This document shows positions 9,791 to 19,514 of a DNA stretch of 41,441 nt, one piece after another. The DNA is from Emiliania huxleyi CCMP1516. Lineage: Eukaryota. The stretch lies in NCBI RefSeq assembly GCF_000372725.1, contig NW_005201202.1:310001-351441 (forward strand). Direction: 5' to 3'. Below the pieces are notes generated by a model. That model was not told where the DNA came from. It worked only from the letters and a program-made list of their open reading frames with translations, and did no database searches. The number at the start of each line of letters is the position of its first letter. Within the stretch, counting starts at the first letter, position 1. Made by a program: the position numbers and the translations under genes.

Positions 9791-11505
9791 TCACTGCCGC
9801 CTGAGGACGTGCGCGCACGCCATGAGCGCCCCGATCATCAAATGGTGCCGCCCAACCTTCGCCCACGCGGGGTCGGCCGAGACCACCTCAGCGAGCTCCG
9901 CCTTGCGAGTGGTGAGGAGCACGGCGCAGCCTCCCGGCCGCAGGACGCGCCGCCACTCTCGCAGCGCCGCGGCATACAGCCCCTCCCGCCGACCGTGCTT
10001 CCGCCCGAACGGCAAGTCGCTCAGCACGGCGTCCACGCTGCCGTCGTGAAGAGGCAGCCGCGTCGCATCGGCGTGCATCAGCAGCAGAGGCAGCGCCCCT
10101 TGCCGGGCTGCGGCATCGGCGTTGGCCGCCGCGCCCTCCAGCTGGGCGGCGTTCCGATCGCACCTGCAGTACAAACACGGTGCGTTTCGCACGGGCCGCA
10201 CACACACAGTGCGGGCAGCGCGAGGGCGGCAGAATGCGGCTGGAGATGGCCGACTACGCGCCTTCCCGCTGGCTCGAGGACGGGGAGGTGTGTAGAGCAT
10301 CTACTCTCGATGGCCCGACACACGCGGCCAGCGGCTGCAGCCGAGCGGCTTCGAGGAGGACGCCCGCTCTCCCACACATCGGGTCGAGGACTCTGCAGCC
10401 CGGCCGCAGCTCGGCGAGCGACGCGAGCGCCCACCCTATCGGCGGGTGCAGCGCGGGAGCGACACAGTAGCTCCTCGCCTGCGTCGTGAAGACACCGAGC
10501 TCAGGGCGGGAGGACGGTCTCGGGCCGTGTGCTCGGAGCACAGCGTGAGTACGAGGGAGACGAGTGCGATGAATTCGGCGGAATGCAGCGGAGGGCGCGT
10601 CTCCTCGAGTGGTAGCATGAGCACGGGGTTCGGCGTCCGCATCTAGAGCCCTCGCGCTCAGCCGGCCAGTCGTGAGCCGGCGGCACTCTGTGTGGGCGGG
10701 GAGCTCGACGACGACCTGCGCGCTGCTCCACTGCAGAAGTATCTCGAGCGCGTAGCCGCGCGCCGTGGCGCAGAAGCCTCCCCGCCTGGCCGCGGGAGCG
10801 TCGTGCCACGTGTGCAGAGGTGTCGCGCCATACTGCTACCGCTGCTACTCCGTGGCCTGGTCAGTGCAGGAGGTGCGGAGGAGTCGCGCCATACTGCTCC
10901 TACTACTCTCTGTTTGTTTGCCTGGCCGCGGAAGCGTCATGCCAAGCCTCGGCCAGCATCCGCCCAAGCTCCTGCCGTGTTACGCCGCCTCCATTCTCCG
11001 CGCCGCCACGCCGCGCTGTCACTCGAAAGGGGACGCTGCTGGCTTGAGCAGCCTCGGAGGCAGCTGTCGGCACACCATTGACTGCGGCTCGCCAGGCCTT
11101 CTCCAGCGCCGCTGACTGGGGAAGCACCTCCCTGGCGAGCAGGCAGCGGAACGCGTCTGAGAAGGCCTCGTCGCCGCAAGGCATGCGCGGCATCGGCGAA
11201 GCCCAGCAGAGCAGGCTCACACACTCGGCAGAGCGCAGCAAGCGCACTGCGGCGAGCGGAGCGGCCGTGCGGAACGCAACCTTGCCCTGAAGTACCGTGA
11301 CGCCAGTCGCCGCGAGCGACTCTGTGACTTCCGACGCCGCCAGATGTTCGAGCCCGATGCCCACATGGATGAGATAGTGAGAGCCGTCGCCGTGGAGTGG
11401 GAGAAATCGCGGGACGAGCGGCGGACACGGGCTCTCTGTCGGCCAACGCGTTGCGACGAGGTCCGTTCGGCGTCGGCCGGCCGCCGAGAGGAAGCTTGAG
11501 CTCAT
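9791..11505 (-). CDS. THUMP-domain RNA guanine-N2 methyltransferase (THUMPD2/3, Trm14-like), 416 aa; exons 11505-10922, 10785-10656, 10478-10315, 10163-9791
   Basis: Motifs GLEHLAASEV, LRSAE, FRVTARRGG, VLDPMCG, ADATRLPL and DAVLSDLPFGRKHG. Three GC-AG introns splice in frame. Confidence 0.85.
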
Positions 11506-12298
11506 GCGGCCGACGCTTACCTCCCAAGCTCACGTTCTCCACACCAGCAGCCAACGGCCGAGCTGGCGCCCAGCACAAGGCGGGCAGAGAGGCAATACCC
11601 GGGTATGGCTCGAAAGTACTCGAAAGCTCGAGGGACTCTCTTCCAAGGTACGGTTGGGGGGGAGTGCACCGCCGGCCCGGATACAGTGGCCGCCACTGTG
11701 TCCTGTGAGCTTGTTTGTGTCTGTGTGTCGCTCGTGCGTGTCGTCATCATCTGTCCAGCGTCCACCCATACCGCGTCGGTGTCCACATACATACATACGA
11801 AGAGAGAGACTACCGGCCCCAGCTTCGGCTGAGGGCTGACAAGCTGCCGAGCCCAAATCACTGTGCGAGTCGTGATTTCTTGTTGGTTTTCTAAAATCTC
11901 TCTCTCTACATACGCCACTGTACGCACTTAGGCGGGTTCTGCTAGAGGGCTACCGTAGAGCCGTACTGCTTATGTCATATCGCCTCTTATCAGGCTTATG
12001 GCCTTATGTAGCAGTAGGAGCCTACGCATTCGATGCGGCCCGGCCACACGGTGAGCACTCGCGCTAGCTAGCGCTCGCACGGCACCGGCAGCCACCGGGT
12101 TTCCGGGACTTCGAAGGTGTATCCGTTCTTCGGCGTTTTGTCGTCTCTCTCTCTGAATCCCCCATCCGTAGGATGTAGGAATAATCAATAAAGCCGTACT
12201 CACCGCGGGGAATGTATCACAGCAAGAAAACAAAAAAGCGCCCAAAAGCCCACGGCGGCAGCCGGCACGCGCGCACGGGCGCCCCGCCTCTCGCACCG

Positions 12299-15200
12299 TC
12301 AGGAGAGCAGGTCGCCGAACGGGTCAGCCGCCGCGGGCGCCGCGCTGCCCGGGCCTGGCGCCGTGGCGGGACTCGGCGCATCCGAGAACGTCGCCCACTG
12401 CATTCCACCCGGCGCTCCTCCAAGCATGCTGCCCCCGAAGCCGCCCTGCATCCCGCCCTGCATCCCGCCCTGCATTCCGCCCTCGAAACCGCCGCCGCCA
12501 CCGAAAGCGACCGGAAAGGCCGGCGCGGTGCTGCTGGCAAACGGGTCAAACGCGGTCGATTGCGCGGGCTGCGCGGGCTGCATCGGCGCCCCCATGCCCG
12601 CGGCGGGGAACTGCGCCGGCGGCATCGCCGCCCCCATACCCCCGGCGGAGAACGCCGGCGCGTCAAACGCGGCGCCTGCCGCCGGAGCGCCGCCCGCAGC
12701 AAACGCGGGCGGGTCAAACGCCGCCGGAGCGCTACCGGCGGCGAACGCGGGCGGGTCAAAGGCGGCCGGCTGCGAGGGGGGCGTCGCGGACGCCGCCGCC
12801 CCCTCGGCGGCGGCAGAGAAGCCGAACAGCTCCGAGAGGTCAAACTCGTCGGCAAAGGCGGACTCTGCCGACGGCAGCGGCGGCGGAGCGCTCGCGTCGC
12901 CGTCGAGGTCGATGGCGTCGAAGTCGATGAGAGACGCCTCCGCCGCCTGCTGCGCCGGCGAGGCCGCGCTCTCGGCCGACGTCCGCTGCGAGCTCCCCGC
13001 GCTCCAGTCGAGCAGCGCCGTCACCGGCTTGTGGTCCGAGACGAGCACTCCTGCACGGAAGGTCCGGGGGAGGTTCGGCGAAGGGCGAGGGACGGCCGTG
13101 CAATCGGAGGCGCGCGCGCGCCCTGGCATGCGACGTACGCGACCGGCTTGCACGCGGCGCCTTGCGGCTCGAGCCAGAGCACGCGGTCGCAGTACGACGG
13201 GACGCGTTGTTTTTCAGACGAGTCGTACCTGAGAGCGGAGGGAGGGAGGGGGGGCTGGGGAGGGGAGCTGGAGGGGAGAGGGTTGGCGCGAGGGGCAGGC
13301 GAGGGAGAGGGGAGGGGGGGGAGGGGGGGGGAGGGGGGGAGGGGGTAGGAGAGGGAGGGGAGCTGGGGGTGGAGGGAAGGGAGATGCTTACCGGCTGGTG
13401 CCAGCGTCGTACTTGTACGTCGGCTGGAAGTCGATGCTCGCCTAGTCTCAGGTACTCTCGGGTACTCTCGGGTACTCTCGGGTACTCTCGGGTACTCTCG
13501 GGGCGCTCTCGGGTGCTCTCGGCTGGAAATCGATGCTCGCCTCGGCAAAGCCCTGGAACGCGAGGCCCGCCCGCTGCTGCGCGCGCAGCTGGTCAATCTG
13601 CAGCAGCTTCCCCCACTTGCCCTGCGCGACGGCGTCGCGCACGACCTGGTTCTGCTCCTCCTTTGCGCCGCCCGGCTCGAGCCGGTAGTTGAGGTCGCCG
13701 GCGAAGACGCACAGGTCGTGCTCGAGAGGCGACGGGAAGGGGCCGCCGCGCAGCCGCTCTCCGTACGCCTTTTGCAGGCCGGCCACGATCTCGTCAAACG
13801 TGTCGTTGCGCTCGTCCGCGTGCGAGGCTCCCGCGGGGAGGTGGGCGTTGATCAGGCAGAGCTGCGAGCCGTGGACAGCCATCCGGACGGCGGTGCCGCC
13901 CTTGTTGCCCGCGCGCGCGTCGCCGACGCCGAAGCCGCACTTGATGACGTCGGCACGGACGTGCGTCACCGCGCTCACCAGCCGCGGGTGGACGTACACC
14001 ATCAGCAGCACACCGACGCACTGCTCCATGCCGACGGCGACGTACCGCTCGCCGTGCAGCGACGTGAGCACAGCCTCGACCCGCGCGGCGCACTCCTTGC
14101 GCCGGCTCACGTCATCGCTCAGCACGTTCCGCGCGGTGAGGTCGACAAACTCCTGGAAGCCGATCGAGTAGATGTCCGGCACCGCCGGCTCGTGCTGCGC
14201 GCCGTTGCGGAACCACTCGCTCAGCAGCGCCTCAGAGCAAACCTTGCCGTTGACGTTCCAGGTGCCGACCCAGAGCCGCACCCGCGCGCCGCCGCCGCCG
14301 CTGCTGCCGAGGGTGCTCGAGCGGCGGAGCGCCGCGGGCGCGACAGCGCCGCCGAGCAACGACTCGATCGCCGCCTGACGCCCGTCCTCGAGGAACGTCT
14401 CGTGCACGTACCGGTTGACGGCGATGCGGCCCTGCTGCACGGTGCCCTTAGCGCGCTCGATGAGCGACCGCTTGCCCGAAGCCTCGGGCTGCAAGCTCGA
14501 CGCGCTGCCCTTGCCGATGTTTGCGGTGCCCGCGTACTGCATCGACACGGCGTCGCCCGTCGTGGACCACATCTGCTGCAGCGAGGCGAGGAGCGCCGGC
14601 TCGCACGCGCGCGCCACCTGCTCCGCTGTCGAGCTCAGCGCGAGGGCGGAGGCGAGCTCGCGCAGCTGCGCCGACGCGGCGTGCAATCCGAGGGCGGCGA
14701 GCATCAAGTTGGTGCGGTTGAGGCAATCGAGGCAGTTGACGCGCACCAGGCCCTGAGTCCACAACAACAAGACCATCCTGATCGGGGATCACGACTACGA
14801 CCACTCAACTAGTACCACCCGACCTGCTGCGTCCGCCGCACCACCGCCGCCGCCGCCGCCGCGCCGCCGCGCCGCCCGCCCGACGCCAGCCGCGGCCCCT
14901 GCGCGACCAAGTGGCCGATGGAGCGCACCTAAAAGACGACACGCGCGATCGAAAGAGTGTGTCAAGAAGAGCGTCGCCCTGGTGGCCGAGGGGGCGCACG
15001 TCGGCGGCGAGGTGCGCGACGCCCGCCTTGAGCCCGTCGGCGCGGCTCGACCTTGACGCCTGGCGAGATGCAGCCAAGATGCGGCCGAGATGCGGCCGAG
15101 ATGCATCCGAGATGCATCTTTGACGCCTGGCGCAAATCGAAGGGGACGTACTTGATCCGCTGCCCCGTCGGCACGCTCACGCGGGCAGCGCACTCGGCGA

Positions 15201-16437
15201 GCGCAGCGGCAAGGGCCGCCTCCTCGCCCTAGGCAAGGTGGGGGCAGGGCAGGTAAACTTCTCCACACACACAGGGGCGGTGGGGCAAGGGCCGGGCAGC
15301 CCTCGCGACTCCACGTCTACAGACAGGAGCCCCGTGGCATGCAGGTATGGTGAGATCTGGGGAGATCTGAGGAGATCTGGGGAGATCTGGGGAGATCTGG
15401 GGAGATCTTCCGCATCTAGCAGCCAGCGCCTTGGCGTCGAGGAGCGAGACGAGGAGGGCGGGAGAGCCGTAGGCGGCCAGCTGCTGTGCGACGTGCCGCT
15501 GCAGCGCTGGCAGGCAGAGCGCGGCGTTCCGCGTCAGCTTCGGCTTGGTGTTTACCTTGATCGTCGACGTGCGCTGCTCCCAAAACAGCGGTGCCGAGCC
15601 GCGCACCTGGACGAGCGACGCCATCGCCCCCTCCGCGCCGCCTCGCAGCTCGAAGCGGAGGGACTGCTCCGTCTCGACGTAGTTTGCGGTGTGGCCGTCG
15701 TCGTTGATCCCGCGCGCCTTGAAGCGCGTGCCCGCGTGCTCGCACGACCGGCGTGAGACGAGGCACGCCGTCATCGAGACGCCCGAAAGAGGCTCGAGCG
15801 GCTCGCAGAGGAGCGCGCCGTGGACGATCGGGCTGAGCCACGGCCCGATGCCCGCCTCGACGAGCGGCTGCAGCGCCGCGCCGTTCCACACGAACCGCCC
15901 CTCCACGTGCTCCCACGCCAGGGCCTCCTTCCCCGCCGCCGCGAGCGCAAACTGCCGCTGCAGCGTCAGCGTCAGCGGCGCCTGGTGCGAGAAGAAGAAG
16001 TCGCCGGCCTCGAGGAGCTCCTTGAGCTGCAGCCGCTGCTTGGTGCCGTCGGCCGGCCCCGCCGCGTCGGCGACCGCGCCCGCCGCGCCCGCTGCAGGCC
16101 TCGCGTCGCTCGCGCCGAGCGACAGAAAGCCGACCTTGGTCACCGCCGCGGCGCGCACCACGCCGTCCGCCGAGAGCACCCCGCGCTCGGCGGAATCGGT
16201 CACGATGACCAGCGTCCGCTCGTCCGGAAATGAGAGCACGCCCACCAAGGCGTGGACGACGCAGGAGCGCGCCCGTGCCTGAGCGGGGCCGATCAGCCTT
16301 TCCAGGTCCGAGGGCGACACGACGCGGATCTCGCGGCTCCGACGGCTGACAAGAAGGGCGGCGCCGTGCGAGCCGGTGAAGACGTAGCACGAGTCGTCGG
16401 GTGAGGCGTAGAGGCGGCCGAAAGCCGAGTCAAGCAT
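12299..16437 (-). CDS. Synaptojanin-like protein (Sac1 domain + inositol polyphosphate 5-phosphatase + endocytic tail), ~1131 aa; exons 16437-15430, 15228-15127, 15059-15000, 14928-14824, 14752-13541, 13441-13392, 13228-13122, 13050-12299
   Basis: Sac1 motifs SRRSCEHAGTRFKARGINDDGHTANYVETEQ, QVRGSAPLFWEQ and RVNCLDCLNRTN. 5-phosphatase motifs GTWNVNG, GFQE, GNKGG, GDLNYR, PTYKY, PSYCDRVLW and SDHKPV. All exon phases are consistent. Confidence 0.92.
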
Positions 16438-17704
16438 ATCCGTGTTTATCGCAGGCAACCGGGAAGAAACCAGTGCTCTTGGAAATGGGGAGGCGGTAAT
16501 AGCTGTGTGGTGGCGGCGTGCCGTCCTCCCATCCCTCCCTTGGGTTGCCCGTTTTCTTTCTTTCTTTAGGCGGTAATAGGAAGGTATCAGGGCGTATGGG
16601 GTCAGTCGTTCACCTTGTCCTGCCTGCAGCCTCGAAAGGGCGGGGCTGTCCCGGCACCCGGGAAGCCGGGCAGCGTGACGCCGCCACCTTAACCTCCCAT
16701 ACGTGATTGAGGCTTCTTCCTCGGGCTGTTCCATCTCCTCGTCTCTTTCCCACCTAGGCGGGGCGGTGGGGGCGGCGGGCGCGGGGTGCGGGGTGCGGTG
16801 CGGTGCGAGATTGTGTGTTAGTGAGTGTGTGTGCAGCGTCATGTGTCCTGAGGGAGGGTGTAGAGGATGTAGAGTGTAGAGCGCTGTAGAGCTGTAGAGA
16901 TGTAGAGCGCTGTAGAGCTGTAGAGCTCTACATCCGCCGCGTGACGATGCGCCTCCGTTGTAGAGCGATGTAGAGCGCGATTTTGCTGTAGAGTTTGTTG
17001 TAGAGGCTCTACAGCAAAACCGCCGGGAAGGCAGTGACTCAAAAAGGTCGAGCCGCGCTAATGGGGTGTCTCCGAGCTTACTGGAGCTCTGATGGACAGC
17101 CCTGACTATCCCTGACACACAGAGAGTCACTCCGACGACACACAACACCCTATAACTGCGTCATGACCAGCCTGCCATGTGTCGCCGGTGCCGCATTCGT
17201 CGCTGTGCTTCTTTAGCAGGCGGTGGACTGTCGGCTGCGAGGACGGTCGCATTTGCGCGAGGCGAGGCGATCATTGTTGAGCGTTGCATGAGCCATGACT
17301 CGCGCCAGCGCGTGCGGGAGCTCCTGGCTGAGCGTTGAGTCCAAGCGAGTTGCGCTGGCCACGATCGCTACGCCGAGCCGAGCTGACGCGCCGAGGCGCT
17401 GGCCAGTCGCAGCCGTGAGGCATGCCACAGCAGCAGAGGCACCTGCCACCCATTGGGCGGGCAGACAGAAGGCCAGGGCAGCACTGGCAAGTGCAACGCG
17501 CCTCATGTCGGAGAGCGACCGTGCCTCGTTCGCCGCTTATGATGTAGAGTTTGTTGTAGATATTTCACGTTGTAGAGCGCCTCTACATCGCTCTACAACG
17601 GAGGCGCATCGTCACGCGCCGGATGTAGAGCTCTACAGCTCTACAGCGCTCCAGAGCGCTCTACATCTCTACAGCTCTACAGCGGAGCGCGCTACTTTCT
17701 CCCC

Positions 17705-18125
17705 TTGCCGCCTCCTCCCTCGCCGCCTCATCCTTCGCCGCCTCATCCCTTGCCGTCCTCGCCGCCCCCTCCCTCGCCATCTCCTCCCTCGCCGCTTCCT
17801 CCCTTGCCGCCTCATCCCTTGCCGCCTCCTCCCTCACCGCCTCCCCTCTCGCCTCCTTCCCCGCCGCCTCCTCCCTCGCTTCCTCCTCTCTCGTCTCCTC
17901 CCCCCTCGCCGCCTCCTCTACCTCCTCCTCCCTCGCCGCCTCCTCCCTCGCCGCCGCCTCCCTCGCCGCCTTTCCCCTGGCCGCCTCCTCCCTTGCCATC
18001 TCCTCCCTCGCCGCCCCCCCCCCTCGCCGCCTCCTCCCTCGCTTCCTCCTCGCTCGCCGCCTCCTCCCTTGCCGTCTCCTCCCTCGCCGCCTCCTCCCTC
18101 GCCTTCGCCTCCACCCTCGCCGCCT
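17705..18125. repeat. Degenerate 15-bp tandem array (CCTCCCTCGCCGCCT)n; reads SPPPP on + and REEAA on -
   Basis: Repeat unit visible directly in the sequence; open in several frames. Confidence 0.85.
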
Positions 18126-18164
18126 CAAGTAAGCTGCTCGCCGCGGAAGCTGCTCGACAGGTGC

Positions 18165-18610
18165 CTCGCAGCTGCGTATTCTCGTATTATCTTCGAGTAA
18201 GGCGTCTCGCAGCTGCGTATTCTTGTATTCTCGTCGATTAGTGTAGGTACTGCGTGGGGGCGGTACGTATTCCCGTATCACGTATCACTAGCTCCGAGTA
18301 GAGGGGGCGTCCTTGCAGTTAAGGGGAAACCTGGTACGCGGGGCTAACCCTCGGAGAGTATTCTTTAGCTCCGAGTAGAGGGGGCGTTCCGCAGCTAGGG
18401 GGACCCACAGCGCGAGGGAAAAATTCCGCCGCTGGGGGAACCCCGGAGCGCAGAACCAACCCTCGGAGACCCGTGTTATGGCCCTGCGAACGCGCACCCC
18501 CCCCCACGGTCGAGGAAGAGGGTGCGTTCTGCAGTTAAGGGGTAACCCGGTACACGGAACTATCCCTCGGAGACGTGTTATGGCCCTGCGACCGCGCACC
18601 CCCCCCTTAC
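18165..18610. repeat. Modular direct repeats, TE-subterminal-like
   Basis: CTCGCAGCTGCGTATTCT x2; TAGCTCCGAGTAGAGGGGGCGT x2; TGCAGTTAAGGGG.AACC.GGTAC x2; GTGTTATGGCCCTGCGA.CGCGCACCCCCCCC x2. Confidence 0.8.
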
Positions 18611-19147
18611 TTAGCTCTTAGGGGTCAGGGCTCTCTAGCCCGTAGCCCGATCCCGATCATCCGGCCAACTGGGTGCGCTTCTGAGCTCCCCGGTCCTGGA
18701 TGTGAGGCTACTAACCGCACTCCAAGTGCTCCAAGTGCTCTACTCTCTACATCCTCTACACCCTCCCTCAGCATGTGTCATGTGTGTCCCACTTCTTGTT
18801 TCCTTAACAACGAAGGCTAGCTCAGAAAGAATTTTACAACACGAGAAAGAAAGAAAAAGCAATGCGGAGAAGAAAGACATTGTTTGGATTGCAATCTCAC
18901 CCCCGATGGGCATATACCCACGATATATATACGAATACGTACAGGCTCACCACCCATCTCCGACGCGCAATGAGCCATGACGGTCAGGTCATGCCATGAG
19001 GATGAGCTGACCCTCTGCGCTCTGAAACCGTGCTCTGTGGCGTTCCGTGCTTTTTGGCACTGTTTCTGATGAGCTCGACGCGTTTTGCGCACGCCTGCCA
19101 CGCGGGTTTTTGTATACACGCATGAGGCAAATAGAGCTCGTGCGACG

Positions 19148-19456
19148 TCAGCTACGTACACCCACCTCGTAACTACATTCGCACCTCGGTACATGCCGGT
19201 TGGTCAGCCCAAGCACGCCGTCGGCAAAGCTCACCGGGCCCCACGCGGTGGGTTGAGCTCCTTTCGGGTAGAACCACGCGCGATGCCAGTCGTCGTCGCT
19301 GAACTGGGCGAGGAGCGGCGCGTTGCTCGACGGGCGCCAGTCGTGCACGCCAACGTGCACGCGCAGGACGCGCGCGCGCAGCAGCTTCATCGTGGCGTTG
19401 TCGTCGAAGAGCTGGTACTCGCCTCCTTGGATGTCGACATCCAGCATGTCCAAAAA
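19148..19456 (-). pseudogene. 5'-truncated FkbM-like (Methyltransf_21) methyltransferase fragment
   Basis: LDMLDVDIQGGE matches the D..k.DiqG.E motif, followed by RVHVGVH and GPVSFADGVL. The N-terminal SAM-binding part is absent, and the fragment begins ~60 bp after the ITFG1 stop. Confidence 0.55.
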
Positions 19457-19514
19457 ACGCGTGTTCACGACACACGACGACACACACGCGTGCTCCGGCC
19501 TCCGCGCTACGGCT

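Larger units (their letters stand above)
16848..18771. mobile_element. Non-autonomous DNA transposon with long TIRs and an 8-bp TSD (CATGTGTC)
   Basis: CTGAGGGAGGGTGTAGAGGATGTAGAG (16848-16874) is the exact reverse complement of 18745-18771. CATGTGTC flanks both ends (16840-16847, 18772-18779). The inner TIR part ~16880-16975 pairs with 17581-17684. Confidence 0.88.

Noticed and set aside
11959..12200. 9-bp direct repeat AGCCGTACT flanking a ~225-bp segment ending in AATAATCAATAA
   Set aside because: Could be a small insertion with a TSD, but there are no TIRs or second copy, and chance cannot be excluded
15229..17148. 639-aa ORF as a single protein
   Set aside because: The first ~237 codons run through the TIR element and upstream DNA; Sac1 homology starts near ATG 16437 and the ORF end is intronic
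17176..17183. Third CATGTGTC copy inside the transposon
   Set aside because: Not adjacent to any TIR end; probably chance
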